From: a virus
Lineage: Duplodnaviria; Caudoviricetes
Length of the DNA: 64,000 nucleotides
IMG/VR virus record: IMGVR_UViG_3300028591_000083
Location: 64,001 to 128,000 of that record
Reading direction: 5' to 3' (one strand)
The position numbers and the translations under genes were made by a program. The notes under the pieces were generated by a model, which worked only from the letters and a program-made list of their open reading frames with translations, did not search any database and was not told the origin of the DNA. The first letter of the stretch is position 1; each line of letters starts with the position of its first letter. Positions 18,875 through 27,951 of this stretch are shown in pieces.

Positions 18875-18903
18875 AGTATAACATATATTAGTGCTTTTGT
18901 CAA
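18875..18903 (-). promoter_or_regulatory. sigma70-type early promoter
   Basis: TTGACA-N17-TATACT. Confidence 0.85.
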
Positions 18904-18936
18904 GTGATTTCAAATAAGTTTTTTCATTTAAGATAT

Positions 18937-18968
18937 AAAAATCCTCAATCTGTTGACTGAGGATTTTG
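18937..18968 (-). terminator. intrinsic terminator
   Basis: AAAATCCTCA..TGAGGATTTT. Confidence 0.75.
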
Positions 18969-18975
18969 TGTAAAA

Positions 18976-19443
18976 TTACAGTGCTGGAAACTCTTTTAAC
19001 GGAAATACCTTATTCCACGATTCTTCCAATTTATGTAAAGTTTCTTCTGATTTAGGAACTGGACTACTGAATTCTCCGAGTTGATATTGATAGTCATAAG
19101 CATTTGACAGTTGATCATTAACTGCTTCAATGCAAGAATTTATCTTATTACATTTTTCAATAGTAAAATCGCTTGTCAGATAGTCATAAATATCTTTTGC
19201 CGAATTCGCGCCGATGAAGATAATCCATGTTTCAATGAATGTTCTATCTATAATATCTGAAAGATACTTTGCATATTCATCAATCAGTCCGTTATAGTAA
19301 TTAGGACAAATATCTATGAGATTTTCGGCATCCATATTCCATTCTTTAGAGAGTTTTGATGAATATGCCGCAGCTCCGGTATTTAGTTCAGAGTTACTAT
19401 TTATGACATCAATAAAATCTTGCTTATTTGAAACATCAATCAT
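18976..19443 (-). CDS. hypothetical protein
   Basis: ORF with RBS. Confidence 0.7.
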   Translation of the reverse strand: MIDVSNKQDFIDVINSNSELNTGAAAYSSKLSKEWNMDAENLIDICPNYYNGLIDEYAKYLSDIIDRTFIETWIIFIGANSAKDIYDYLTSDFTIEKCNKINSCIEAVNDQLSNAYDYQYQLGEFSSPVPKSEETLHKLEESWNKVFPLKEFPAL

Positions 19444-19774
19444 CTAACCTCTCCCAACTGATAATATATTCGTATTGAGGATTATTTCTATTTCCACATT
19501 CATTCACAGATACAACATATCCCAGTCCTCTAAGATGATTAACAATATATCCATTTTCTCCATCCTTTCCAATATCCAAGAAATCAAAATCTGTTTCACT
19601 GAAAAGAACAGATGTGTGAAATTTAGCCTCTGAAACTGCTGTGTCAATAGCTTTTTTGATTCTTGTAAATGCTAATTCATAGTCCTCGGATATCTTAGAT
19701 TGTCTAACACCAAACACCTTAAAATATGCTTCTTTGGCAGACATCAAACCATACATATCTTTTTCATCATTCAT
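19436..19774 (-). CDS. hypothetical protein
   Basis: ORF; L..LGY.V...ISW ending, similar to the partial gene at 63852. Confidence 0.7.
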   Translation of the reverse strand: MNDEKDMYGLMSAKEAYFKVFGVRQSKISEDYELAFTRIKKAIDTAVSEAKFHTSVLFSETDFDFLDIGKDGENGYIVNHLRGLGYVVSVNECGNRNNPQYEYIISWERLDD

Positions 19775-19880
19775 ACTATATATCTCCTAAATTTCTTAAT
19801 TTGGATTACCTACTATAAGATCAATATTTATAATCTCAATAGGATTAAATTCAGGCTTATGCATTTTTTCTACATACTCC

Positions 19881-20240
19881 TTAAAATCCTATAAGCTGAA
19901 AACCAATAAGAGTCGCAGTTTTACTTTCACTATCACCAACAAACCTAGGAATAAGAACCCATCCAAGATCTTCTTCACGAATAGCGGATTCCGCAGCATT
20001 TCCAATAACTGTATTGTAGAATGTGATATCCGCATAGTTAAAATCGTTATCAAAGTCATTAAGATAAACTCTTGCCAGCCAGTTATGAGGAAGATAAAAA
20101 CAATTCATTGCATCGTGCCAAAATCCGTCTGCGGTAAATTTCGTACTGACAATATGATATCTCTTATCTGGATTATTCTTTAATTCAGATATGCAGCAAT
20201 CTTTTAACCATCCTTCACACACTACTTTTATTTTCATCAA
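19881..20240 (-). CDS. hypothetical protein
   Basis: ORF with RBS. Confidence 0.7.
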   Translation of the reverse strand: MMKIKVVCEGWLKDCCISELKNNPDKRYHIVSTKFTADGFWHDAMNCFYLPHNWLARVYLNDFDNDFNYADITFYNTVIGNAAESAIREEDLGWVLIPRFVGDSESKTATLIGFQLIGF

Positions 20241-20668
20241 TCAAACCTCTCATTTTCTGTTGGAGATCCTGTAAAACTTTCAAGCCACGCAACTCTAGCA
20301 GTTACATCGTCTAGTTTTTCATCATAGTACGCTGATGTTTTGATATTGGCAATATCTATATCCTTGATTTCTTCTTTAAGTTTTTCTACTTCGTTTGTCA
20401 AAGATTGGATTTCCTTAGAAATTAAAACTAAATAATCTTTGATTGACATATCATTCACAGGTTGCTGATCAGATTCTTTTACAGGTAAATTATGTTCGTT
20501 CAACCACTTCTTTCTTGGTTCCTCATCCATTTCAGAAAGAAATTCATTAAACTCATTACAAATGTTATCGTCTTTGCTCACAGTCTCACTCTCATCTTTT
20601 TCAAAATATTCTTTATAAAGCCCATCAAATGTTTTCAGAGGTTTTTCGCGTTTTTCCCATTTCTTCAT
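20237..20668 (-). CDS. hypothetical protein
   Basis: RBS before MKKWE. Confidence 0.7.
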   Translation of the reverse strand: MKKWEKREKPLKTFDGLYKEYFEKDESETVSKDDNICNEFNEFLSEMDEEPRKKWLNEHNLPVKESDQQPVNDMSIKDYLVLISKEIQSLTNEVEKLKEEIKDIDIANIKTSAYYDEKLDDVTARVAWLESFTGSPTENERFD

Positions 20669-20672
20669 AAAC

Positions 20673-21266
20673 TTAGTCCTCCTTATCCGATAAGGAATCA
20701 AACAACTCACAATATTGGAGTTTTTTGCCGTTACATTTCTTATTTAAGTCATTGATAAAAACTTCTTGAGATATCTTCTTTGGAACATTCTTATCCAGTA
20801 TCTTATGTTCTTCTTGAATGCATCTTAAAACAGTAAATAACAATACATTTACACATACAATCGGTATGATGGCAATATAATTTGCGTTGTAAACAGCAAC
20901 TATAAATGTTGCCAAAAGAGATCCATACAATAAAGCAAAGACTAAAAACAAGAAACAAGATGTAAGAATCATTGGAATATTTGGTCTGGTCTTTGTCTTA
21001 TACTTAAATGTTACTGAATTACAATTCTCACATAGATGTGGAACGTAGGTGTATTCTCTCAAACCATACCCGCCGAAACATTGAACAGAAACTTTCTCCC
21101 TTAATTTAGGATAGTGATAAATCTGTTTACCTATTTTCATATCAGGTTTTTCATATAATTCAATTAGCGATTCTATATCGTAATTATTACAATTCGGACA
21201 TGACGTTAATACACCAAGATCATCATTTTGCTGCTCTCCATGCTTTACCGTGAGTGTACCTTTCAT
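20673..21266 (-). CDS. membrane protein with zinc-ribbon N-terminus
   Basis: CPNC..CENC plus two hydrophobic helices. Confidence 0.7.
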   Translation of the reverse strand: MKGTLTVKHGEQQNDDLGVLTSCPNCNNYDIESLIELYEKPDMKIGKQIYHYPKLREKVSVQCFGGYGLREYTYVPHLCENCNSVTFKYKTKTRPNIPMILTSCFLFLVFALLYGSLLATFIVAVYNANYIAIIPIVCVNVLLFTVLRCIQEEHKILDKNVPKKISQEVFINDLNKKCNGKKLQYCELFDSLSDKED

Positions 21267-21300
21267 ATTAGTACCTCCTGTTTTGTATTTTACTAAATAT

Positions 21301-21329
21301 AGTATAACACACTTTCTGTCAAATGTCAA
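21301..21329 (-). promoter_or_regulatory. sigma70-type early promoter
   Basis: TTGACA-N17-TATACT. Confidence 0.85.
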
Positions 21330-21396
21330 GAGTAATCAGCAAAACATATCATAAAATTTTGCCGGATTATTGTACTAAACATTGTATGAAATAAAC

Positions 21397-21437
21397 AAAA
21401 AAGAGTCTGATAACTGTCCGTTACCAAACTCTTTTTT
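21397..21437 (-). terminator. intrinsic terminator
   Basis: AAAAAAGAGT..ACTCTTTTTT stem. Confidence 0.75.
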
Positions 21438-21440
21438 CTA

Positions 21441-21530
21441 AGGCTGTTTTTATTTGGATGCCGTTAATTAAAAAGACGCAGCTTGGTACGCTTATCAAAA
21501 ACAGCTAAAAACCAGAGGCGTACTGCGTAC
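21441..21530 (-). ncRNA. candidate structured RNA (pseudoknot) 3' of thyX
   Basis: ACGCAG-TACGC/GCGTA-CTGCGT stem whose loop GCTGTTTTT pairs with downstream AAAAACAGC. Confidence 0.35.
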
Positions 21531-21533
21531 TTA

Positions 21534-22211
21534 TCAGCTTTTTTTCTTAGGATATCTACCACAAGATTTCTTTTCTTGACAATATCCATATTCAACACAC
21601 TTAGGATGCATTGTAAGATCTACTAACTCTCGCCATTCATCTGAATACTGTCTCAGAGCTTCAATATAATCATTGAACAGTTGTCTGTATTCCCAATTAG
21701 CTCTTTGACACATTCTATTTCTTGACATATCAATTACATTTCTTGCATTCCGCTTATCTACAATTCTTGTTTCCATTGCCATAGGAAGAAGAAGTGCTGA
21801 ATCTTCTCGCGGAATCTTCAAACATTTTTCCAAATACTGAATTGATTGTCTGATATGTTCAATAGTTTCTGTATATACTTTTTTAGCCTCTTCATTGTCA
21901 CTAATGCTTTTTGGAACAATCGCGCCAAAATTAGCATAATCAATGTATCTTGTAGATTCCTGTAACCTAGTCGGTAAACATCCAATATGAGTATACCATT
22001 CTCTAATTACTCTAGCGGAATAATCATCAATTACAGTATAAATATCTGGAAATTCAATCGTTCTGCCGTGATTTGATGTAATACAATCAAGACCTCTTTT
22101 ATAATTCTTTTCTTTATCAGAAGTATCAGAACCCCAACAAATACCGGCACATTCTCCAATAAAAGAAATAGGATTTTTCATAGTCTTTTCTAAAATAGTC
22201 ACAGTACCCAT
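21534..22211 (-). CDS. thyX: FAD-dependent thymidylate synthase
   Basis: HGRTIEF, SARVIRE, QESTRY, REDSALLLP, RMCQRANWE, PKC...GYC.E..SCG. Confidence 0.9.
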   Translation of the reverse strand: MGTVTILEKTMKNPISFIGECAGICWGSDTSDKEKNYKRGLDCITSNHGRTIEFPDIYTVIDDYSARVIREWYTHIGCLPTRLQESTRYIDYANFGAIVPKSISDNEEAKKVYTETIEHIRQSIQYLEKCLKIPREDSALLLPMAMETRIVDKRNARNVIDMSRNRMCQRANWEYRQLFNDYIEALRQYSDEWRELVDLTMHPKCVEYGYCQEKKSCGRYPKKKS

Positions 22212-22227
22212 GTATTAAGTTCCTCCA

Positions 22228-22809
22228 TCATTCTAAAATGTTTTCAAAATCTACCTCTCGTGGCTTATAGTAAACTTGACGATAAGCCGCTACAAGGTGT
22301 TTCAAAACCTCTGGATCAATAGATTGAGAATTTATCACAGATGCAATATGCAACCTATTTTTTATTGTTCTCCGTTGTTTAAGATATAATTGTAACTTCT
22401 TATAAATTCTATATCCGTCTACTCCGTTAAGATCATTTTGTTCAATGTAGTGTAGAATATCTGATATTGTTCTATCTGTTGTGCTTTGTAGAGTTCTTAG
22501 ATCATCTTCGTGTTCAGCGGCATCACGAACTATATCATTGAACTGTTCAATAGTATCAATATCCATTTTTACATCTTCATCTATTTCACTCATATAGATG
22601 AATACTGGTTCTACTCTGAAATCTGTATTTGATTCTGCAATAGTTCCTCTATGTGATCCGAGGTGAGTATTTAGTACATTTTCTGCCGCTTCTTTAGAAG
22701 TCCATAAATATGCTTCTTCTTTACTTTTCTTAAAAGAAGTTCCTGTTGTATTGGAAACATATTGTTCTCCATCTGTGATAATGTACTTTGTTATCTTATC
22801 AGATTTCAT
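22228..22809 (-). CDS. hypothetical phage protein
   Basis: D..ISDILHYIE...GY.IYK.L...L..RR.IK motif common in Firmicutes phages. Confidence 0.75.
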   Translation of the reverse strand: MKSDKITKYIITDGEQYVSNTTGTSFKKSKEEAYLWTSKEAAENVLNTHLGSHRGTIAESNTDFRVEPVFIYMSEIDEDVKMDIDTIEQFNDIVRDAAEHEDDLRTLQSTTDRTISDILHYIEQNDLNGVDGYRIYKKLQLYLKQRRTIKNRLHIASVINSQSIDPEVLKHLVAAYRQVYYKPREVDFENILE

Positions 22810-22827
22810 ATAGTAAGATCACCTACC

Positions 22828-23595
22828 CTAAAATAATTTTGTACTGGTTTCTCCGTATTGTTTCTTAATTCTTGATTCTGCGATATTGAAATATTCCTCG
22901 TTCATCTCACAACCAATAAACTTTCGGTTATTTTTCAAACAAGCAACACCTGTGCTTCCAGAACCCATAAACATATCCAGAACAAGTTGGTTTTCTTCTG
23001 TGTATCGTTTGATAAGATACTCAAGAAGTTCTACTGGCTTTTGTGTTGGATGAACTCTATCAGAACCGTAATCTCTCCGGAACTATAGTATCTCACATGG
23101 ATGTCTAGTTCCGTCATCTTCATATGGGGTTACTTTAAGTTCATTTGAGGATATTGTTTGTGTAGATTTTCCTTTCGGTGAATTTTTAGATAATTTTTCG
23201 CCGGTGTATAAGACCTTTGCTTCATTGTATAGACATTGCTCTTTATAGAATACACAGATATTTTCAACATATTTTGCTGGTCTACGTTTAACTTGAAATA
23301 TATTTGTTGGTCTTTCTTTTTTCCAGTACCAATCGTACTTGTACCAAGACAGGTTACTTAATCTTAGATGTGATGCAAACGGCTCCTGTGCAAAAATACA
23401 AATACAAGCATTTGGCTTGCAAATTCTTTTAATATGATACCATATGGCATTGAGATCAATACTGTTATCCCACTCCAATGGAGTTTGACCATATGGAGGA
23501 TCTGTAAGTATCATATCTACTGAATTATTTGGGATTGATTTTAGGAGTTCATAGCAATCTCCTTTTAATAATTCATACGGTAGTTTTTCAAACAT
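22828..23595 (-). CDS. N4/N6 DNA methyltransferase (beta class) with in-frame TAG at 23083-23085
   Basis: GDC, DMILTDPPY; after the TAG the same frame gives HPTQKP and VLDMFMGSGSTGVAC..RKFIGCE. Confidence 0.85.
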
Positions 23596-23601
23596 AATTA
23601 T

Positions 23602-23754
23602 TCACCAGTTAGAACAATTTCCTTTCCAATTCATTATTTCTGTTAAAAAAATAGTTTGTTTAGTACGTCTATGTGAAGTATTGTCAACTGCGTTATCCGC
23701 TAACATAATACATGAAAGTCTTTTTGTCATTACGTTAATCACATCTTTACTCAT
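23602..23754 (-). CDS. small hypothetical protein
   Basis: RBS, overlap with upstream gene. Confidence 0.45.
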   Translation of the reverse strand: MSKDVINVMTKRLSCIMLADNAVDNTSHRRTKQTIFLTEIMNWKGNCSNW

Positions 23755-24013
23755 TGTTATTCTCCATTTCATAATCTTCAATAGTATACGCAGTTCCATC
23801 GGCTTTGATCATAGGACAAAATCCAGTATGTTGTGTTCCAATGTGCATAAAAACATAAATAACTCCTGTTTCTTTATGAACATAGATTGAGCAATCATCA
23901 GAACCCTTCAAGCACTCAAAGTGACAATTCTCTGTTTCAATGCTTGCGAAACCACATCCCGACAATAAAAGAAGCACGGAAACTGCTCCACAAAGTAAAA
24001 TTCTTTTGATCAT
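23747..24013 (-). CDS. putative lipoprotein
   Basis: signal peptide with LSGC lipobox; HKETGV.Y. Confidence 0.7.
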   Translation of the reverse strand: MIKRILLCGAVSVLLLLSGCGFASIETENCHFECLKGSDDCSIYVHKETGVIYVFMHIGTQHTGFCPMIKADGTAYTIEDYEMENNNE

Positions 24014-24249
24014 TTTTTAACTCCTTTCGGAATATTGCACATAGATTTTCTGTTACTTATCAAAGAAATCTTATAAATAAGTTCATCCATTTGTTCCAAT
24101 AAAGAGCTTGGAATTGAGGCAAAACTTTTACAGTTGTTTATTGAAAAGTTAATTTCTTCAAGTTCTTTTCTAAGGTCAAATTCCCAGTCTTTAAGTACCT
24201 CATATTCACTTCTCATGTCAGTCATTCCTTCCGAAAATAGCTTCTGCAA
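24010..24249 (-). CDS. hypothetical protein
   Basis: ORF. Confidence 0.55.
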   Translation of the reverse strand: MQKLFSEGMTDMRSEYEVLKDWEFDLRKELEEINFSINNCKSFASIPSSLLEQMDELIYKISLISNRKSMCNIPKGVKK

Positions 24250-24345
24250 AACTTTTTATAACAAGAACAACAGAACCAACAACAAGATAAACAACTGCAC
24301 AAGATGCTCGGATCAAAAAATCTCCAGAATCGCCACTTCTCATAA

Positions 24346-24822
24346 TTAACCCTCCTCATATTCCAATACTTTACACAGGCTATGATATTTGTTTGAACTA
24401 CACCATTCGATTATAACAGCATTAGCGTCTCTAAGTTCCTTTATAACCTTTTCTCTTTCGTAGTGATTTCCATATAATGTTTTAAGTGCATATCCAAGGT
24501 CTTTTACAATGTGGTCGTAAATATCTTCGCAATAAAGTCCTTTTACTTGATAATCCCAATAAAATAGCTTTGCTATCATATAGCCACCGTGTTTACACTG
24601 TTTGTAAACAACTCTACTTATTTGACGGTCAAGTTTTTCAAAAGACTTTACAATATCAGTAGAAGATTCACTTAGCATTTTTGCAGATTCCGCGCAAAGG
24701 ATAACAGAATTGTTTTCACGTTTTTCTTTGATCCAATTCTTAATTCCTCTTCCAATCATTCCTGCAAAAATCCCAGAAGTAAAAATTCCTAACCATTCAA
24801 AAAATGTAATCATATAAACCAC
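24346..24822 (-). CDS. hypothetical protein with N-terminal membrane anchor
   Basis: hydrophobic N-terminus. Confidence 0.7.
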   Translation of the reverse strand: MVYMITFFEWLGIFTSGIFAGMIGRGIKNWIKEKRENNSVILCAESAKMLSESSTDIVKSFEKLDRQISRVVYKQCKHGGYMIAKLFYWDYQVKGLYCEDIYDHIVKDLGYALKTLYGNHYEREKVIKELRDANAVIIEWCSSNKYHSLCKVLEYEEG

Positions 24823-24849
24823 ACCTCTTCTTTATCAGAAGTTTATTTC

Positions 24850-25500
24850 TCAATAAGAAGGATATGCAAAGTCCAAACCGTGAGCACTATTAAAATTTAT
24901 ATCATCAACATCGTATTCTTGCATTCCCATATAACTAGGATATTCTGTTGTGCTTTGTTGGTTTTGTTTATTGTTAAAATCTTTATAGATCATAGAACCG
25001 GTGGCTCCTGTTTGACCTTGATATTTTCCGTTATATTGATTTTCTGCGGCATTATCCATTTGTGCAAAAACAAGTTGTGCAACTCTTGTTCCGGAAAGCA
25101 ATTTGATATTGTGATTTCCTGCATTAAATAGTTCAAGAGTAATTTCACCTTTGAAACCCGGATCAACCCATCCTGCATTTTGAACAAACAAACCAAGTCT
25201 ACCAATAGAACTTCTACCTTCAACGAATGCCGTAACATTAGAAGGAAGTTCGATTGTTTCCATTGTTGTACCAAGAACAAACTCACCCGGCATAAGAATA
25301 TACTCGTTTGCTTTAATTGTCTTGTACTCGATGTTATCATTAAATGCAATGATATCATATCTATTTGTTTTTGGAACTGCAAAGCTATTTCCTAAACGAA
25401 TATCAAGACTTGCTGGTTGAATAGAATCCGGAGTATAATTTTTAACTCCAATAACCCCAGACTTAATTGCTTCACGGATTGTTTTATCTGATAAAATCAT
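24850..25500 (-). CDS. dcd: dCTP deaminase
   Basis: MILSD, IQPASLDIRLG, EGRSSIGRLGL, AGWVDPGFKGEITLE, YNGKYQGQ. Confidence 0.95.
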   Translation of the reverse strand: MILSDKTIREAIKSGVIGVKNYTPDSIQPASLDIRLGNSFAVPKTNRYDIIAFNDNIEYKTIKANEYILMPGEFVLGTTMETIELPSNVTAFVEGRSSIGRLGLFVQNAGWVDPGFKGEITLELFNAGNHNIKLLSGTRVAQLVFAQMDNAAENQYNGKYQGQTGATGSMIYKDFNNKQNQQSTTEYPSYMGMQEYDVDDINFNSAHGLDFAYPSY

Positions 25501-26087
25501 TTTTTAATTTCCTCCATCTTACGTTTATTTATGATTTTAAGTGCATCAAATTCTAATTTAGTTTCTACATTAGATAGTCCTGTATTAAATCTATCTTTTA
25601 GCAGAAGATCATATCTTAAACATTCAAATATGTACGAGTCATGTAGACATCCATCCATTAGTCTACAAGTGTCTCTTAATCTACCTGCTTCCTTACCGCC
25701 ATATCGTTTAAGAAATGCTCTGTATCCCTTTATAGCAGGATTACCTTCAAATGCAGTAAACTCAACCCTATTAAGATGATATTTATAGAAAATTTCATAT
25801 ACACATAGAATAACATCATCGAAAAATACTCTATTTGTTTCTGTAAACGCACACAAACCAAAGTTATTTGCCGATCTATTATCATTGTTGTATGAATATC
25901 CAATATATCCAAGAATATTATTATCCTTATCTACAGAAGCAAATTGCCTAGAATAATAACAATTATCATCACTTTGATATATCGTTCTACCCGTACCGTC
26001 CCAGTAAAACTGAAATTTTTCATCATACCAAGTTGAAATAAATAACTTTTTTAATTCATCTTGTCTTAATTGTGCCGGAATAAGCAT
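25497..26087 (-). CDS. GNAT (RimJ/RimL-like) acetyltransferase
   Basis: LNRVEF...GNPA..Y...GGKEAGRLR pattern. Confidence 0.65.
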   Translation of the reverse strand: MLIPAQLRQDELKKLFISTWYDEKFQFYWDGTGRTIYQSDDNCYYSRQFASVDKDNNILGYIGYSYNNDNRSANNFGLCAFTETNRVFFDDVILCVYEIFYKYHLNRVEFTAFEGNPAIKGYRAFLKRYGGKEAGRLRDTCRLMDGCLHDSYIFECLRYDLLLKDRFNTGLSNVETKLEFDALKIINKRKMEEIKK

Positions 26088-26103
26088 TTTTCAACCTCCT
26101 TAA

Positions 26104-26460
26104 TCATGTGTAAAACCAACCACCAACCTCATCTTCGTAGAACTCTTCACAGGTTTCTCTGTTAGAATTTATAAATAAATGTTTCTCAGAATCAAAATAT
26201 CCAGCAAAAACATCACCTTTATTCGTTTCAAAAACTATTGACATAAAGTTCTGAGGTAATCCATCTTCATTAAATGGTTGAATAGTATCTTTGAATTTTT
26301 GTGTAAAGTGTTCAATAAGATAGTCTGCATCATATGTGAATTTAGACAAATCTCCATGAGACAACTCACAGATAATTTTCTGGTACTGATCTAATGCAAA
26401 TCTTAGTCCTTCTTCATCATCGAAACCATAATCATCGAGTAAGCATTTCAGCTTATCCAT
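26104..26460 (-). CDS. hypothetical protein
   Basis: ORF. Confidence 0.7.
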   Translation of the reverse strand: MDKLKCLLDDYGFDDEEGLRFALDQYQKIICELSHGDLSKFTYDADYLIEHFTQKFKDTIQPFNEDGLPQNFMSIVFETNKGDVFAGYFDSEKHLFINSNRETCEEFYEDEVGGWFYT

Positions 26461-26470
26461 AGTAACCCCC

Positions 26471-26665
26471 TTAAATCGTTACCCAAAGAATAGCCATAAG
26501 TCTTAGAAATCTATATAGGGCTGTAATAAAGCAAGCTCCGGATGCAAAACCAAATAACGCTGATCTTGACTTTGTTCTTGATTTCACCGCGAAATGCCAA
26601 TTATATAGTGATAGACCTACTAGAAGTAGTACATATACAATATTCAAAATAACTTCAAGTCTCAT
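26471..26665 (-). CDS. small membrane protein
   Basis: two hydrophobic helices. Confidence 0.6.
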   Translation of the reverse strand: MRLEVILNIVYVLLLVGLSLYNWHFAVKSRTKSRSALFGFASGACFITALYRFLRLMAILWVTI

Positions 26666-26898
26666 CTTGAACCACCTCTAAACCTTTTCATAAATTCTTT
26701 GATTTTCTTTGAGCGTTCAAACTCATAGATGTCTGAAACGCTTAATTTTGTTTTTCGTGATACGTAATCTTTGTTTCTTTTCATCTCATAATTCTTCCAT
26801 TCTTTACAAGTAGTTCCACATCCAGCACATCGTTTCTGACAGTGTGTATTTGTTTTCTTGTCATAGCATGGATTATCCCTACCTTCAAGCACTTTCAT
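26662..26898 (-). CDS. hypothetical Cys-rich protein
   Basis: PC..C..R..GC...C..W. Confidence 0.7.
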   Translation of the reverse strand: MKVLEGRDNPCYDKKTNTHCQKRCAGCGTTCKEWKNYEMKRNKDYVSRKTKLSVSDIYEFERSKKIKEFMKRFRGGSR

Positions 26899-26907
26899 AA
26901 AATTACC

Positions 26908-27951
26908 TCACTTCCAAAGTGGTTGTACGAATCGTGCAACATTTGTTTCATAAAGGAATTCCATGTCTTCATGCTGCACAGATTCATCATTAATGTATCT
27001 TAAAACTTGCAAGAAGTAAACAACCGGAACCTTTTTAATATCAGCAACAATTCCGCATCCATTACTTTTCTTTACCCAGAAGTCATAAGGCTTCAACTGT
27101 TTTAGTTCAAAAATTTCAACATGAACATCAATGAACTTTCTTCCTTCATTGAGTTTATGTACTGTATTGTGCATTCCGTCAAACAGTTCTGCAACCTTAC
27201 CTGTATAATTAAGAATAATTTCGTCTGTCGTATATCCATAAAAATCTTCTGGTTTCAGATTTGTAAGTTCCGGATCAAGAAGTCTAAGGATAAGTTCTTC
27301 TGTAATGTACTTTTCGGCGGCTTGCTGTCTCTTAGGATTCAAGTTACCAAAAATAACCTGTCTAATTCTCTTACTCATTGCAAGATACTTCAATCTTCTG
27401 TAATCTCCAACCTCACCTGCACGATTAAGAATTCCTTGAAAATCAATAGTCTTAGTATACGGGAATTTTGAAATGTTTGTAAGACCACTCAATGCCTCAA
27501 AATAATTCATACTCTGCAAATTAGCGGCTGTGAGATCAATAGACACAAACTTCTTACCGTCATTATGTGGCTTATAAATATCCAGACCTTTTGAAAACTG
27601 AATTCCGTCAAACAACTTTTCATCATGTTTCGGAAGTTCCATTTCATTGAACTTACGATATGAATCAAGCTGTCCAATAACATCAATGCATCTACTTGTA
27701 GCTTGTTTATTGATGTTAATAAATTCCTGTGTGTTTCCATCGTGTAATTCAAAAATACAATCATTTGCAAACTGCATTGTAAGCAAATACTTATTAAACC
27801 AATCAAAGTTATCAAATGCGTATCTGCAATGATCGACAGAAGTCATCTGAAGTGGAACATTATAATCTTTAATATACTGAGTCCAAAGTTTTTCATCTGT
27901 ATCAAATAGAACCGGATACGGATACCTCATTTTCATTTTCATTACCTCCAA
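26908..27951 (-). CDS. uncharacterised protein with polymerase-palm-like motifs
   Basis: FVSIDLTAAN, SKRIRQVIFG, YTTDEII. Confidence 0.55.
   Translation of the reverse strand: MEVMKMKMRYPYPVLFDTDEKLWTQYIKDYNVPLQMTSVDHCRYAFDNFDWFNKYLLTMQFANDCIFELHDGNTQEFININKQATSRCIDVIGQLDSYRKFNEMELPKHDEKLFDGIQFSKGLDIYKPHNDGKKFVSIDLTAANLQSMNYFEALSGLTNISKFPYTKTIDFQGILNRAGEVGDYRRLKYLAMSKRIRQVIFGNLNPKRQQAAEKYITEELILRLLDPELTNLKPEDFYGYTTDEIILNYTGKVAELFDGMHNTVHKLNEGRKFIDVHVEIFELKQLKPYDFWVKKSNGCGIVADIKKVPVVYFLQVLRYINDESVQHEDMEFLYETNVARFVQPLWK

Noticed and set aside
21441-21540. Hammerhead or twister ribozyme (CTGATAAG; GTACCAAGC)
   Set aside because: Core is not CUGANGA..GAAA and the required flanking stems are absent; kept only as an unclassified structure
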